A DNA stretch of 46,768 bases from Patescibacteria group bacterium. GTDB taxonomy: Bacteria; Patescibacteriota; Minisyncoccia; UBA6257; 2-01-FULL-56-20. Where the stretch lies: assembly GCA_038058095.1 (NCBI GenBank), contig JBBUBW010000044.1, forward strand, positions 1 to 46,768. The letters run 5' to 3'. The position numbers and the translations under genes are program-made. The notes beneath the pieces are model-generated. The model saw nothing but the letters and a program-made list of their open reading frames with translations, searched no databases and had not been told where the DNA came from. Below, piece after piece: positions 1 through 8,934 of the stretch; the stretch's first letter is position 1, and each line of letters starts with the position of its first letter.

Positions 1-73
1 GGTGGACCTACGGGGAGTCGAACCCCGACCTCCTCCATGCCATGGAGGCGTTCTACCGCTATACTATAGGCCC
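1..73 (-). tRNA. tRNA-Ala (anticodon GGC)
   Basis: The reverse complement folds as a cloverleaf. Acceptor GGGCCTA/TAGGTCC carries the G3:U70 alanine identity pair. Anticodon stem CCTCC/GGAGG has loop ATGGCAT. T-arm is CGGGG-TTCGACT-CCCCG. The 3' ACC runs into the window edge. Confidence 0.9.
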
Positions 74-205
74 ATTAATCACTCTCCACTATATTATCTG
101 TTTATTAATTTTTATCAACCTTCCTCTTGCGAGCTCAAATTCTTTTTTATTTTGATTTTCAATTTTTCTGGATTATACTAGGAAAGTTGAATTTAGACAA
201 TTTTT

Positions 206-277
206 GCCTTCGTAGTTCAATGGACAGAACAAATCCGTCCTAAGGATAAGATGGGGGTTCGATTCCCTCCGAAGGCA
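206..277 (+). tRNA. tRNA-Arg (anticodon CCU)
   Basis: Acceptor GCCTTCG/CGAAGGC, D-arm GTTC-AATGGACA-GAAC, anticodon loop GTCCTAA, T-arm GGGGG-TTCGATT-CCCTC, discriminator A. No CCA is encoded. Confidence 0.85.
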
Positions 278-374
278 CTGGTTTTCTGCCTAAATGTAAG
301 CGAGGCGGGAAATTATAGGGAGGCGTGCGTGAGCCCTATCTGATGGTAGGCAGAGGTTAAAATAGGAATATAGT

Positions 375-462
375 GGAAGGGTGGCCGAGTGGTTTAAGGC
401 GACGGTCTTGAAAACCGTTATACTCCAAAAGAGTATCGTGAGTTCGAATCTCACCCCTTCCG
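375..462 (+). tRNA. tRNA-Ser (anticodon UGA), class II with long variable arm
   Basis: Acceptor GGAAGGG/CCCTTCC, anticodon stem ACGGT/ACCGT with loop CTTGAAA, long variable arm (TATACTCCAAAAGAGTATC), T-arm GTGAG-TTCGAAT-CTCAC, discriminator G. Confidence 0.9.
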
Positions 463-479
463 CAAATAAAATTACACCA

Positions 480-1040
480 ATGCCAAAAATTAAAATCTTA
501 AAGGACGAAATTGTTTTTGATGGCCGTTATCTTAAAACCGTCAAACGCCACTACTTAAGCCGCTCCGGATATCATAAAAATTGGGAGATGGTTAGAAGAA
601 AACTTTTCGGTAGAATTGTGGCTATCATCCCCGTCACTTCAAAAAACGAAATCATCCTCACTAAAATCTATCGCATCCCCCTTAAAAAATACGTCATAGA
701 ACTCTGCGCCGGTTTAACCGACAAAAAAAATGAAACCGAAATCCAAACCATCCGCCGCGAACTTCTAGAAGAAACAGGCTATAAAGTTTCCAAAATCAAA
801 AAGTTAATTGTCGGCCCATATAACAGCGGCCTTTCTGAAACTGAAATGATAATCTACCTCGGCACCAATGCTACAAAAATCACTGAACCAAAACTCGAAG
901 AATCAGAAGATATTGAAGTAGTAAAAATCCTGCTTAAAAAAGCTTATTCTTTCCTAACACATCCCCAAAAAGGGATCTTGGTTGATATTAAAATCTTCTC
1001 AATCTTATTTGTTCTTGAAAAACTTGGTTTTGATATCTAA
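480..1040 (+). CDS. NUDIX hydrolase (ADP-ribose pyrophosphatase-like)
   Basis: Nudix box GLTDKKNETEIQTIRRELLEETGY. The start is trimmed to the ATG at 480 (MPKIKILK) because the longer ORF (381) overlaps tRNA-Ser. Confidence 0.8.
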   Translation: MPKIKILKDEIVFDGRYLKTVKRHYLSRSGYHKNWEMVRRKLFGRIVAIIPVTSKNEIILTKIYRIPLKKYVIELCAGLTDKKNETEIQTIRRELLEETGYKVSKIKKLIVGPYNSGLSETEMIIYLGTNATKITEPKLEESEDIEVVKILLKKAYSFLTHPQKGILVDIKIFSILFVLEKLGFDI

Positions 1041-1056
1041 ATTTATTTGAATAAGG

Positions 1057-1062
1057 TATAAT
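1057..1062 (+). promoter_or_regulatory. -10 box TATAAT, 7 nt upstream of the htrA ATG (leaderless-type arrangement)
   Basis: The sequence TATAATaattaaaATG is read directly. No SD lies between the box and the start. Confidence 0.4.
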
Positions 1063-1069
1063 AATTAAA

Positions 1070-2119
1070 ATGACTGAAGAAAAAGTTATTGCGACTATAA
1101 AAAAAACGATGCCGGCGGTGGTTTCGATTGTAATTACCAAACACCTTGAAGACCTCGAAAAAGAAATTCCAAAGGAACTTTATCCTTTCTTGCCGATGGG
1201 ACCTCACGGTCCCCAACTCCAAATCCCCGATCAGCTCGTCGATAAACGCGGCATGGTTCAAATCGGCGGCGGTTCGGGATTTATTGTTGGAACTAATGGG
1301 GTGATTTTAACCAACAAACATGTCGTAAGTGACGCCAAAGCGGAATATACAGTCCTTATGGACGATGGACGAAAATTTCCAGCCGAGATTTTAACCCGCG
1401 ACCCTATAAACGACGTCGCTATTTTAAGAATCAAAGCCGATAACCTGCCCATTTTAGAGCTCGGTAATTCTTCCAACCTAGAACTGGGCCAAACTGTAAT
1501 TGCGATTGGAAACGCCCTAGGCATTTTCAAAAACACCGTCTCTTTAGGAATCATCTCCGGCCTTTCCAGAGTCATCAGCGCCCAAGCTGATCCCGCCTCT
1601 CCTCCCCAAGAAATGCGCGGATTAATCCAAACCGACGCCGCTATTAACCACGGCAACTCTGGCGGGCCGTTAGTTAATCTGAATGGCTCGATAATCGGAA
1701 TTAATGCCGCTATCGTTTTCGGAGCACAAAACATTGGCTTCGCCCTTCCGATTAATGCCGCCAAGCGCGACCTAAGCGACCTTAAAAAATTCGGTCACAT
1801 CCAGCGTCCCCTTCTAGGTGTTCGATACATTACGATTGACGATAAACTAAAAGATAAAATGAACCTTCCCGTCGACTATGGAGCCCTAGTAGTTAAAGAA
1901 AGCCCTCAAGATCACGGCGTTGTTCCTAAAAGTCCGGCCGAAAAAGCCGGCCTAAGAGAGCGGGATATAATCCTTACTTTAAACAAACAAAAAATCGACT
2001 GCGACCACCCCATCCAAGACTACCTGGAAAATTTAAACGTGGGCGACCAAATTGAACTTATTGTGCTCCGCGGCAAAAAAGAAATGAGAGTCAGACTCGC
2101 CTTAGCTGAAAGAAAGTGA
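1070..2119 (+). CDS. htrA: HtrA/DegP-family trypsin-like serine protease with C-terminal PDZ domain
   Basis: Catalytic motifs TNKHVV, NDVAIL and GNSGGPLVN, with a PDZ-like C-terminus. Confidence 0.9.
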   Translation: MTEEKVIATIKKTMPAVVSIVITKHLEDLEKEIPKELYPFLPMGPHGPQLQIPDQLVDKRGMVQIGGGSGFIVGTNGVILTNKHVVSDAKAEYTVLMDDGRKFPAEILTRDPINDVAILRIKADNLPILELGNSSNLELGQTVIAIGNALGIFKNTVSLGIISGLSRVISAQADPASPPQEMRGLIQTDAAINHGNSGGPLVNLNGSIIGINAAIVFGAQNIGFALPINAAKRDLSDLKKFGHIQRPLLGVRYITIDDKLKDKMNLPVDYGALVVKESPQDHGVVPKSPAEKAGLRERDIILTLNKQKIDCDHPIQDYLENLNVGDQIELIVLRGKKEMRVRLALAERK

Positions 2120-2121
2120 TT

Positions 2122-2160
2122 AGAATCGGTTAGTGAAATTTTTGAACTTACCGATTCAAT
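2122..2160 (+). terminator. Hairpin directly after the htrA stop (no clear U-tail)
   Basis: GAATCGGTTAGT-gaaatttttga-ACTTACCGATTC begins 3 nt after the TGA. Confidence 0.35.
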
Positions 2161-2208
2161 CATCCCAGGAGTTAAACGACGAGGGATTACAACTAATTAG
2201 AGTAATTT

Positions 2209-3177
2209 TTAGTAGCTCCTCTCGTCCACCAGCAAACCGTTCTTATCAAAAATAAAAACCCGATCGTGCCGCTCGTCCAAAAATCTACTCCCAGTCCACA
2301 CTCGCCATTCATAACTCAAAAAATCTCCGTCCTGTCGATGCTTATCAAAGCAACCTCGATAATTCACCTTATCCAAAAAATCGCGGCACTTACTGTCACT
2401 AGTTAGCCACAAAAAATTCATCTCGGGTATCTTACAGGTACCCAGCGATCTTACGTAATCTTCGCATTGCCCACTAAATTCATAAAGTTCAGAACGATCG
2501 CTGTAGGTTTTAGGGCAATCTCTGGGTAAAGCAGGAATAAAATCAAACAAACTTTCAAGATAGCCCGTACACTTATTCAAACGCAAGTTTTGGCCAATTA
2601 TACTTTTAGAAGAATGAATACTCAAAATATGTCCCTTCTTTAAGACAATGTCTCCGGGTGACGTAAGCCCTAAAGGTCCATAAACTTCCACCGCTTGAGG
2701 TATAAACTGGCTACCGCTTTTCCCCTTTAAAACCCACCCAGTCACATCCACCGCCTCGCTTTCTTTAAGATTGGCAGTTAAATTTACGACACCGTACGAT
2801 CTTGAAGACCCCGGCGAAACAGACCCAATCCTGATTTTTTTAAAATAAGGCGATAATTGTTCTAAAGTAAAACCGGCCGGTATTTGAGAGGGATTAATTG
2901 TCGAAGTCGGAGCTGGTTTTGGCTTTATAATTGGCGCCGCTGTTGGCTCTTGTTTTTTTGGAACCGGCTTTATTGCGCTACTAGAGGTGCTTTTTTGAAC
3001 AATCGACGACGTGCTTTTTCTAAAACTATTTAAACTAGAAAAATCTATTTTCTCTACACCAAATCTTTTAAGTGCCCCTGAACTCACTAAGAAAACCAAC
3101 AACGCGAAACCAATTATCAAAACAAAAAAAACAGCCGCATTTCCTTTTCTTTTTTGCCATTTAAATTTTTCCAGCAT
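2209..3177 (-). CDS. Membrane-anchored hypothetical protein with a lamin-tail-domain-like segment and a Cys-rich C-terminal region
   Basis: N-terminal TM helix (AAVFFVLIIGFALLVFLV), a Pro-rich linker, and an LTD-like stretch (VVNLTANLKESEAVDVTGWVLKGKSG). Confidence 0.6.
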   Translation of the reverse strand: MLEKFKWQKRKGNAAVFFVLIIGFALLVFLVSSGALKRFGVEKIDFSSLNSFRKSTSSIVQKSTSSSAIKPVPKKQEPTAAPIIKPKPAPTSTINPSQIPAGFTLEQLSPYFKKIRIGSVSPGSSRSYGVVNLTANLKESEAVDVTGWVLKGKSGSQFIPQAVEVYGPLGLTSPGDIVLKKGHILSIHSSKSIIGQNLRLNKCTGYLESLFDFIPALPRDCPKTYSDRSELYEFSGQCEDYVRSLGTCKIPEMNFLWLTSDSKCRDFLDKVNYRGCFDKHRQDGDFLSYEWRVWTGSRFLDERHDRVFIFDKNGLLVDERSY

Positions 3178-3360
3178 TTTAACTTAATAATTTGATTCTT
3201 GAATTTTGGCTATATTTATTTCTTTTCTCAAGAAAGTTTAATTTCATATTTCCAAAACATTCGGGTTGCCTGCCCGCCGTAATCTCGACATAGGCAGGAC
3301 GGTAAGATCTTATAATTTATTATAAATATAGGCGATGTTTTAAAAATACTAAATTAAGCC

Positions 3361-5208
3361 CTACTCCACCGTAACCGATTTTGCTAAATTTCTCGGCTTA
3401 TCGACATTATAACCCCTCAAAACCGCGTTCCAATAGGCGAAAAGTTGCAAAGGAACAATAGTGAGAAATGGATAAAGTATTTCCGGCACTTCCGGCACAT
3501 AAATCACATCATCCGCTATTTTTTCTAAATCCTTATTCCCCTCCGTTGTAATTGCTAAAACACGTCCCCCTCTAGCTTTAACCTCCTGAACATTCGAAAA
3601 ATTCTTATCATAAACCAAATCGCGAGGCATGATAAAAACCGAAGGAAAATCCTTATCAATCATCGCAATTGGCCCGTGCTTCAATTCCCCGGCCGCTAAC
3701 CCCTCGGCGTGTGCGTAAGAAATCTCCTTAAGCTTTAACGCGCCTTCATACGCCACTGGATAATTATATTTCCGCCCCAAAAACAAAAAGTCGTCATACT
3801 CCTTGTATTTCGCCGCTAAATTTTTAATCGCCTCGCTTTGAGTCAAAATTTTATCCACCAGCTTCGGCAAGCTTTTGAATACCCGCAAAATTTTATAGGC
3901 CGCCGCATCTGAAAGCTCGCGTTGCTTCCCTAAAAACACCGCTATCTGAAGCAAAATCGCCGACTGTGAAATAAAAGACTTGGTCGCCGCTACCCCAATC
4001 TCCGGACCAACATGCTGATAAACTCCTCCGTGCGTCTCGCGCGCTAAGGTTGAACCAATCACGTTTGTAATTCCAAGTGTCAGAATCTTTTTCTTCTTAG
4101 CCCCTCGCAAAGCCGCCAAGGTGTCTGCCGTCTCACCGGATTGCGAAATCGCTAAAAACACGTCTCCTTTCTGAAAAATCGGACGCCGGTAGTGCCACTC
4201 CGAAGCAATGTCGGTTACTACCGGAAAACCCGCTAGCTCCTCGATAAAAATTTTACCAAGCATCCCCGCATGATGCGCCGTCCCGCTCCCTACAATAATT
4301 AGTCTTTTTACTTTCGAAAGTTCTCCCTCCAGCCCCGCTAAACCTCCTAAAACCGTTTTTTTATTTTTCAAATCAATTCTCCCTCTGCATGAATTTTCAA
4401 GCGCCTTCGATTGTTCAAAAATTTCCTTCAAAGTGAAATCAGGAAAATCGCCTTTCTGCGCCTGCTCAAAATCCCAATCTATATCGTGATGCCTCCGATT
4501 AACCTCCTTATTGTTCAAATTAAAAATCTTATACCCGTCTCGTTTCAAAACCGCCATCTCGCCGTCTTTTAGATAAACCAGCCGCTTGGTGTGTGGCGCG
4601 ATTGGCGTGGCATCCGATGCCACAAAAAACTCATCTTTCCCTATTCCTAAAACCAAAGGGCTGAAATTCCTTGCCACCACGAGCTTTCCGGGTTCTCGCC
4701 GGTCAAAAGACACCACCCCATACGTTCCCTTTGTTTCATTCAAAGCCAACCTTAACGCTTCCTCGAGTTTAATATTTTTGGATTTTTTAACTTCCTCAAC
4801 CAAATGCGCTATGACTTCTGTGTCTGTCTGGGATTTAAATTTATGCCCCTTCTTAATTAAGTCGTTTTTTAGTTCGACATAATTTTCAATAATTCCGTTA
4901 TGCGCCAGCCAAATATTTTTCGAGCAATCCGTGTGTGGATGAGCATTTTTCTCCGTCACTCCGCCATGCGTGGCCCACCGTGAGTGCACTAAACCAGTCG
5001 TTAAATCTCCGTTTATCGCCTTATTTTTTTTAACCTTTCGCTCAAGATAAACCACCGGCCCCACCGCCTTCTCGCTTATCACTCGCCCGCTATCGCTCAT
5101 AACCGCCATTCCGGCCGAATCGTATCCCCTATACTCAAGGTTTCTAATCCCCTCAACCAAAATCGGCGTCGCCTTCCTACCTCCTAAATATCCAAAAATC
5201 CCGCACAT
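3361..5208 (-). CDS. glmS: Glutamine--fructose-6-phosphate aminotransferase (isomerizing)
   Basis: N-terminal MCGIFGY nucleophile, two SIS domains, C-terminal KSVTVE. Confidence 0.95.
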   Translation of the reverse strand: MCGIFGYLGGRKATPILVEGIRNLEYRGYDSAGMAVMSDSGRVISEKAVGPVVYLERKVKKNKAINGDLTTGLVHSRWATHGGVTEKNAHPHTDCSKNIWLAHNGIIENYVELKNDLIKKGHKFKSQTDTEVIAHLVEEVKKSKNIKLEEALRLALNETKGTYGVVSFDRREPGKLVVARNFSPLVLGIGKDEFFVASDATPIAPHTKRLVYLKDGEMAVLKRDGYKIFNLNNKEVNRRHHDIDWDFEQAQKGDFPDFTLKEIFEQSKALENSCRGRIDLKNKKTVLGGLAGLEGELSKVKRLIIVGSGTAHHAGMLGKIFIEELAGFPVVTDIASEWHYRRPIFQKGDVFLAISQSGETADTLAALRGAKKKKILTLGITNVIGSTLARETHGGVYQHVGPEIGVAATKSFISQSAILLQIAVFLGKQRELSDAAAYKILRVFKSLPKLVDKILTQSEAIKNLAAKYKEYDDFLFLGRKYNYPVAYEGALKLKEISYAHAEGLAAGELKHGPIAMIDKDFPSVFIMPRDLVYDKNFSNVQEVKARGGRVLAITTEGNKDLEKIADDVIYVPEVPEILYPFLTIVPLQLFAYWNAVLRGYNVDKPRNLAKSVTVE

Positions 5209-5247
5209 ATATGCTTATTTTAGCTCATTTCCTTCTCCCAATCAAAA

Positions 5248-8200
5248 CTAAACCACTATACTTATTAATCTCCCCGGCACAAAAACAATCTTCTTCGGCT
5301 TCGTGCCCTGAAGTTGCTCTTTCACTTTTTCACGAGCAAAAACTAATTTTTCCGCTTCCGCCTGCGTGATTCCCACTTCCACTTCCACACTATCCCTCAC
5401 TCTTCCGTTAATCTGGATAACTAAAGTAAATTTCTCGTCCTTAATCAATTTCGAATCATACTTCGGCCAACCGGAAACATGAATTGATTTTTTGTTTCCC
5501 AAAACTCCTTTCCAAATTTCTTCGGCCATATGCGGCGCAAAAGGCGCTAGCAATTTAACAAATATCTTATAGCTTTCAACCGATAACTTTTCGTGTTTCT
5601 CTACCTCGTTCAATAAAATCATCATCGCTGAAACCGCCGTGTTGTAATTCAACGTCTCAATATCTTCCGTCACTTTCTTAATAGTTTTATTCAGTAATCT
5701 TTCAAAATCTTTGCTTTCATTGTCTAACGTCTTACTTCTAACGTCTAACTTTTCAAAAAGTCGCCAGACTCTCTGAAGAAACCGCTCCACTCCCAAAATC
5801 CCCGAATCCCTAAAATCTCCACCTTGCTCAAAAGGCGCCAAAAACATCAGATACATCCTTAAAGTATCCGCCCCAAATTTTTCGATGTATTCGTCCGGAT
5901 TAATCACATTCCCCTTTGATTTCGACATCTTCGCTCCATCTTTAATCAATAGCCCATGTGCCCTAAACTTTTTCGCCGGCTCATCAAAATTAACCAATCC
6001 CCAATCATGAAAAACTTTAGCCAAGAACCTGACGTATAAAAGATGCAAAACAGAATGTTCTGCCCCTCCGGTATACAAATCAATCGGTAACCATTTTTTA
6101 AAAATACTTCTATTGACCTCAAAAATTGATTTTCTACTTTTGAATTTTAAATCGTCATTTTGATTTTTGATTTTTAAATTTTTAATTCCGAGGGCAAGAT
6201 ACCCGAGGTAATACCAAGCTGAATCAAGGAAAGTATCCGAAACATCCGTTTCTCTTCGAGCTTTTTCTTTGCACTTCGGGCATTTTACTTCATAAAAAGA
6301 TTTAACCGAAGCCAAAGGCGACTCCCCTGTTCCTCGCGGCCGAAAATCTTTCACTATCGGCAACTTCACCGGCAAATCTTTCTCTAACACCGCATACCAT
6401 CCCGGCATCTCTTTCTGGTCTCCTTTTCCCGCTTTCGCGCAATTTTCGCAATAAATCATTGGAATCGGCGGCCCCCAATACCTCTGCCTTGAAATCAACC
6501 AATCCCTCAATCTATATTGAATCTTCCTCTCCCCGCCCACAAATTTCGCAATCTCCCACTTCGCTTTCTCGGAATTCATACCATCAAACTTTCCGGAATT
6601 TATCATCGCGCCAGCATCAACATAACCCTGCGGCTCATAAATTTTCCCAACTTCATATAAAGCGATCGCCTTTTCGGCGCGGTTAAGCACTTCAAGCCAA
6701 TGTTCAACTCCTCCGCCCACCTTTCTAATTTCTTCTCGTAAAGTTTTTATGTCATACCACTCAAAAGTAAAATCTTCGTGGGTCTCAAGATTCGACTTTC
6801 CTTGCTTATTTCTATCAAGAATGGCCAAAAAATTAACGGCGAAAGAACGGCGATTAATATTTTTTTTGTCGTTATAATAATGGGAATAAAGAGAACCTAG
6901 AGAGATGAGGTTGATAATATCTTTATAACCAGTCTCCTCGGCAAGCTCTCTTCTTGCAGCATCTTCGAAACTTTCATCTCCCTCCTTTCCGCCTCCTACG
7001 AGCCACGTTGCCTTATCCTTCCATTTTAAGCCAAGAAATTTATTGCTCGCCTTATCATAACCAATTACTGTTACTCCTTGCACATATTGCTCGTTCGATC
7101 GAACCTCGCCAAAATCAGGCACCACTACCTCTCTAACAGATAAATTAAATTTCTTCGCAAACTCAAAATCACGCTCGTCGTGCGCAGGCACCGCCATAAT
7201 CGCTCCCGTGCCATACGAACCCAAAACATAATCCGCCACCCAGATTGGAATTTCTTCGTCATTCGCCGGATTAATCGCCTTCACCCCTTTTAACTCAACC
7301 CCCGTCTTGCCTCTACCTTCTGAAATTCTCTCTTCCTCGGATTTCTCTTTTACCTTTTCTATATATTTTTGAACCTCGGATTTGTTTAGAATTTCGGATT
7401 TCGGATTTCGGATTTCTTGTTCGAGCCACTTATTTTCAGGGGCGAGAACAAGATACGTTGCTCCAAAAAGCGTATCTGGCCGAGTCGTAAATACTTTTAT
7501 TGACGGCAAAAGCGCGTCCAAAATAGCCGGCTCTTCTTTGGCACAAAAATGTGGCTCTTTGGCAAATGTCTTAGTAAGAGGTACGCCAAATCTTGACGCC
7601 AAAAACTCTCCATCCGAAAATGGCACTACTGTATCTCCTAAATCAACGAGAACATCAAAAAAAGAGCAGTTCTTTTTAATAACATCAAATTTAAAGCCTT
7701 TTAGGGCAGCTTCAGTTACAGTCGGCCTATCTTTTTTATCCAAAAAATCACCGCTTGACGGAGTCGCAACTAAAACCACTTTTCCTAACTTTACTCCCCT
7801 CTCTAAAACTCTAAGCGCTACTATTCCTCCGAAAGAATGCCCCAAAATAGCTGTTTGCTCATCTAGCTTACAATTTTTGATAACATAATCCGCTTGTTCA
7901 TCATCGTTTGGCGCGCCTGCGCCAGGTAAAATAGGCACTACGACCTCGTAACCTTGCCCTTCAAGTTCGCCTTTAAGCCACATAAAAAAGTTTCGATCTA
8001 AATGACCGCCCTTACCATGAAGCAAGACGAATCTTTTTATTCCTAATTCTTTATTCTTAATTCTAAATTCAATCTCCGCTCCCTCCGACTTCCCAATCCA
8101 ATTCTCCTGCGCTATCTTAACACGCTCTGACCAGTCAAGATTTTTGAGATCCGCAAGTAAACGATCGGCATATTTCGTAATCCTAAAAAACCACTGCTCC

Positions 8201-8883
8201 AATTCTTTCTTAAAAACCTCCGCGCCACATCTCTCACAAACCCCTCCTCCAACCTTATTTTCTTCATTTTGAATTTTACCTTGTAATTTTACATTTTGAC
8301 TTTTGACTTTTGAATTATTGATAACCTGCTCATCCGCCAAAACCGTCTTGCACGAAGGGCACCAATTCACCGCCTGCTTTTTGCGGTAAGCCAAACCCTT
8401 TTTAAACATCTCGGCAAAAATCCACTGCGTCCACTTATAATATTCCGGGGCGTAAGTTTCCAAATGCTCATTCCAGGCAAAACCATTCCCAATCGAAGCC
8501 AATTGTTTATAAAATCTTTTCTCCGAAATTTTTGATTGCTTTGCCGGATGGGTCCCAATTTTCAAAGCATAGTTTTCGGAATGAATCCCAAATCCATCCA
8601 GCCCGATTGGCTCAAATACATCATTACCCTGCATCCGCTTAAACCGCCCATAAATATCCGCTCCTGTAAAAGCGTACATATTCCCGACATGCAACCCCTC
8701 CGCCGACGGATACGGGAACATCATCAAGTTATAAAACGGCTTCTTGCTCCGCCCACTGGCGGACTTTAAATTCGGCTTGCCCGTCCGAAGCCCTTTGGCG
8801 AAGGAGGGTTCATAGGTTCTCTCCTCTAGCCACTTACGTTGCCATTTGCGCTCAATCTTCGTAAAGTCGTATTTTTTAGACAT
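5248..8883 (-). CDS. leuS: Leucyl-tRNA synthetase, unusually long (1211 aa), carrying inserted alpha/beta serine-hydrolase and Nudix domains
   Basis: HVGN (HIGH) and KMSKS motifs; Zn module WCPSC...CERCG; CP1 editing motifs TTRPDT and GTGAIMAVPAHDERDFEFA; C-terminal tRNA-binding domain. Confidence 0.95.
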   Translation of the reverse strand: MSKKYDFTKIERKWQRKWLEERTYEPSFAKGLRTGKPNLKSASGRSKKPFYNLMMFPYPSAEGLHVGNMYAFTGADIYGRFKRMQGNDVFEPIGLDGFGIHSENYALKIGTHPAKQSKISEKRFYKQLASIGNGFAWNEHLETYAPEYYKWTQWIFAEMFKKGLAYRKKQAVNWCPSCKTVLADEQVINNSKVKSQNVKLQGKIQNEENKVGGGVCERCGAEVFKKELEQWFFRITKYADRLLADLKNLDWSERVKIAQENWIGKSEGAEIEFRIKNKELGIKRFVLLHGKGGHLDRNFFMWLKGELEGQGYEVVVPILPGAGAPNDDEQADYVIKNCKLDEQTAILGHSFGGIVALRVLERGVKLGKVVLVATPSSGDFLDKKDRPTVTEAALKGFKFDVIKKNCSFFDVLVDLGDTVVPFSDGEFLASRFGVPLTKTFAKEPHFCAKEEPAILDALLPSIKVFTTRPDTLFGATYLVLAPENKWLEQEIRNPKSEILNKSEVQKYIEKVKEKSEEERISEGRGKTGVELKGVKAINPANDEEIPIWVADYVLGSYGTGAIMAVPAHDERDFEFAKKFNLSVREVVVPDFGEVRSNEQYVQGVTVIGYDKASNKFLGLKWKDKATWLVGGGKEGDESFEDAARRELAEETGYKDIINLISLGSLYSHYYNDKKNINRRSFAVNFLAILDRNKQGKSNLETHEDFTFEWYDIKTLREEIRKVGGGVEHWLEVLNRAEKAIALYEVGKIYEPQGYVDAGAMINSGKFDGMNSEKAKWEIAKFVGGERKIQYRLRDWLISRQRYWGPPIPMIYCENCAKAGKGDQKEMPGWYAVLEKDLPVKLPIVKDFRPRGTGESPLASVKSFYEVKCPKCKEKARRETDVSDTFLDSAWYYLGYLALGIKNLKIKNQNDDLKFKSRKSIFEVNRSIFKKWLPIDLYTGGAEHSVLHLLYVRFLAKVFHDWGLVNFDEPAKKFRAHGLLIKDGAKMSKSKGNVINPDEYIEKFGADTLRMYLMFLAPFEQGGDFRDSGILGVERFLQRVWRLFEKLDVRSKTLDNESKDFERLLNKTIKKVTEDIETLNYNTAVSAMMILLNEVEKHEKLSVESYKIFVKLLAPFAPHMAEEIWKGVLGNKKSIHVSGWPKYDSKLIKDEKFTLVIQINGRVRDSVEVEVGITQAEAEKLVFAREKVKEQLQGTKPKKIVFVPGRLISIVV

Positions 8884-8934
8884 AAAAACTGAATATTGTT
8901 AGAATTTTAGCGTAAAAAACCAACCAAAACAAAT

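Noticed and set aside
381-479. N-terminal extension of the NUDIX ORF (MAEWFKATVLK...)
   Set aside because: It is the translation of tRNA-Ser (375-462). The real start is taken as the ATG at 480.
3240-3310. Hairpin CCTGCC-18 nt-GGCAGG downstream of glmS as a terminator or ncRNA
   Set aside because: Short stem, large loop and no U-tract. The evidence is insufficient to call it.
5209-5247. glmS ribozyme upstream of glmS
   Set aside because: Only 39 nt separate glmS from leuS, which is too short for the ribozyme, and no conserved core is visible.
7382-7888. 168-aa plus-strand ORF and similar antisense ORFs (e.g. 1258-1764, 4586-4882, 35355-35744, 42409-42804, 43017-43556, 44582-45157)
   Set aside because: They lie entirely within, and antisense to or out of frame with, strongly supported conserved CDSs. 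They have low-complexity or odd composition typical of shadow ORFs.
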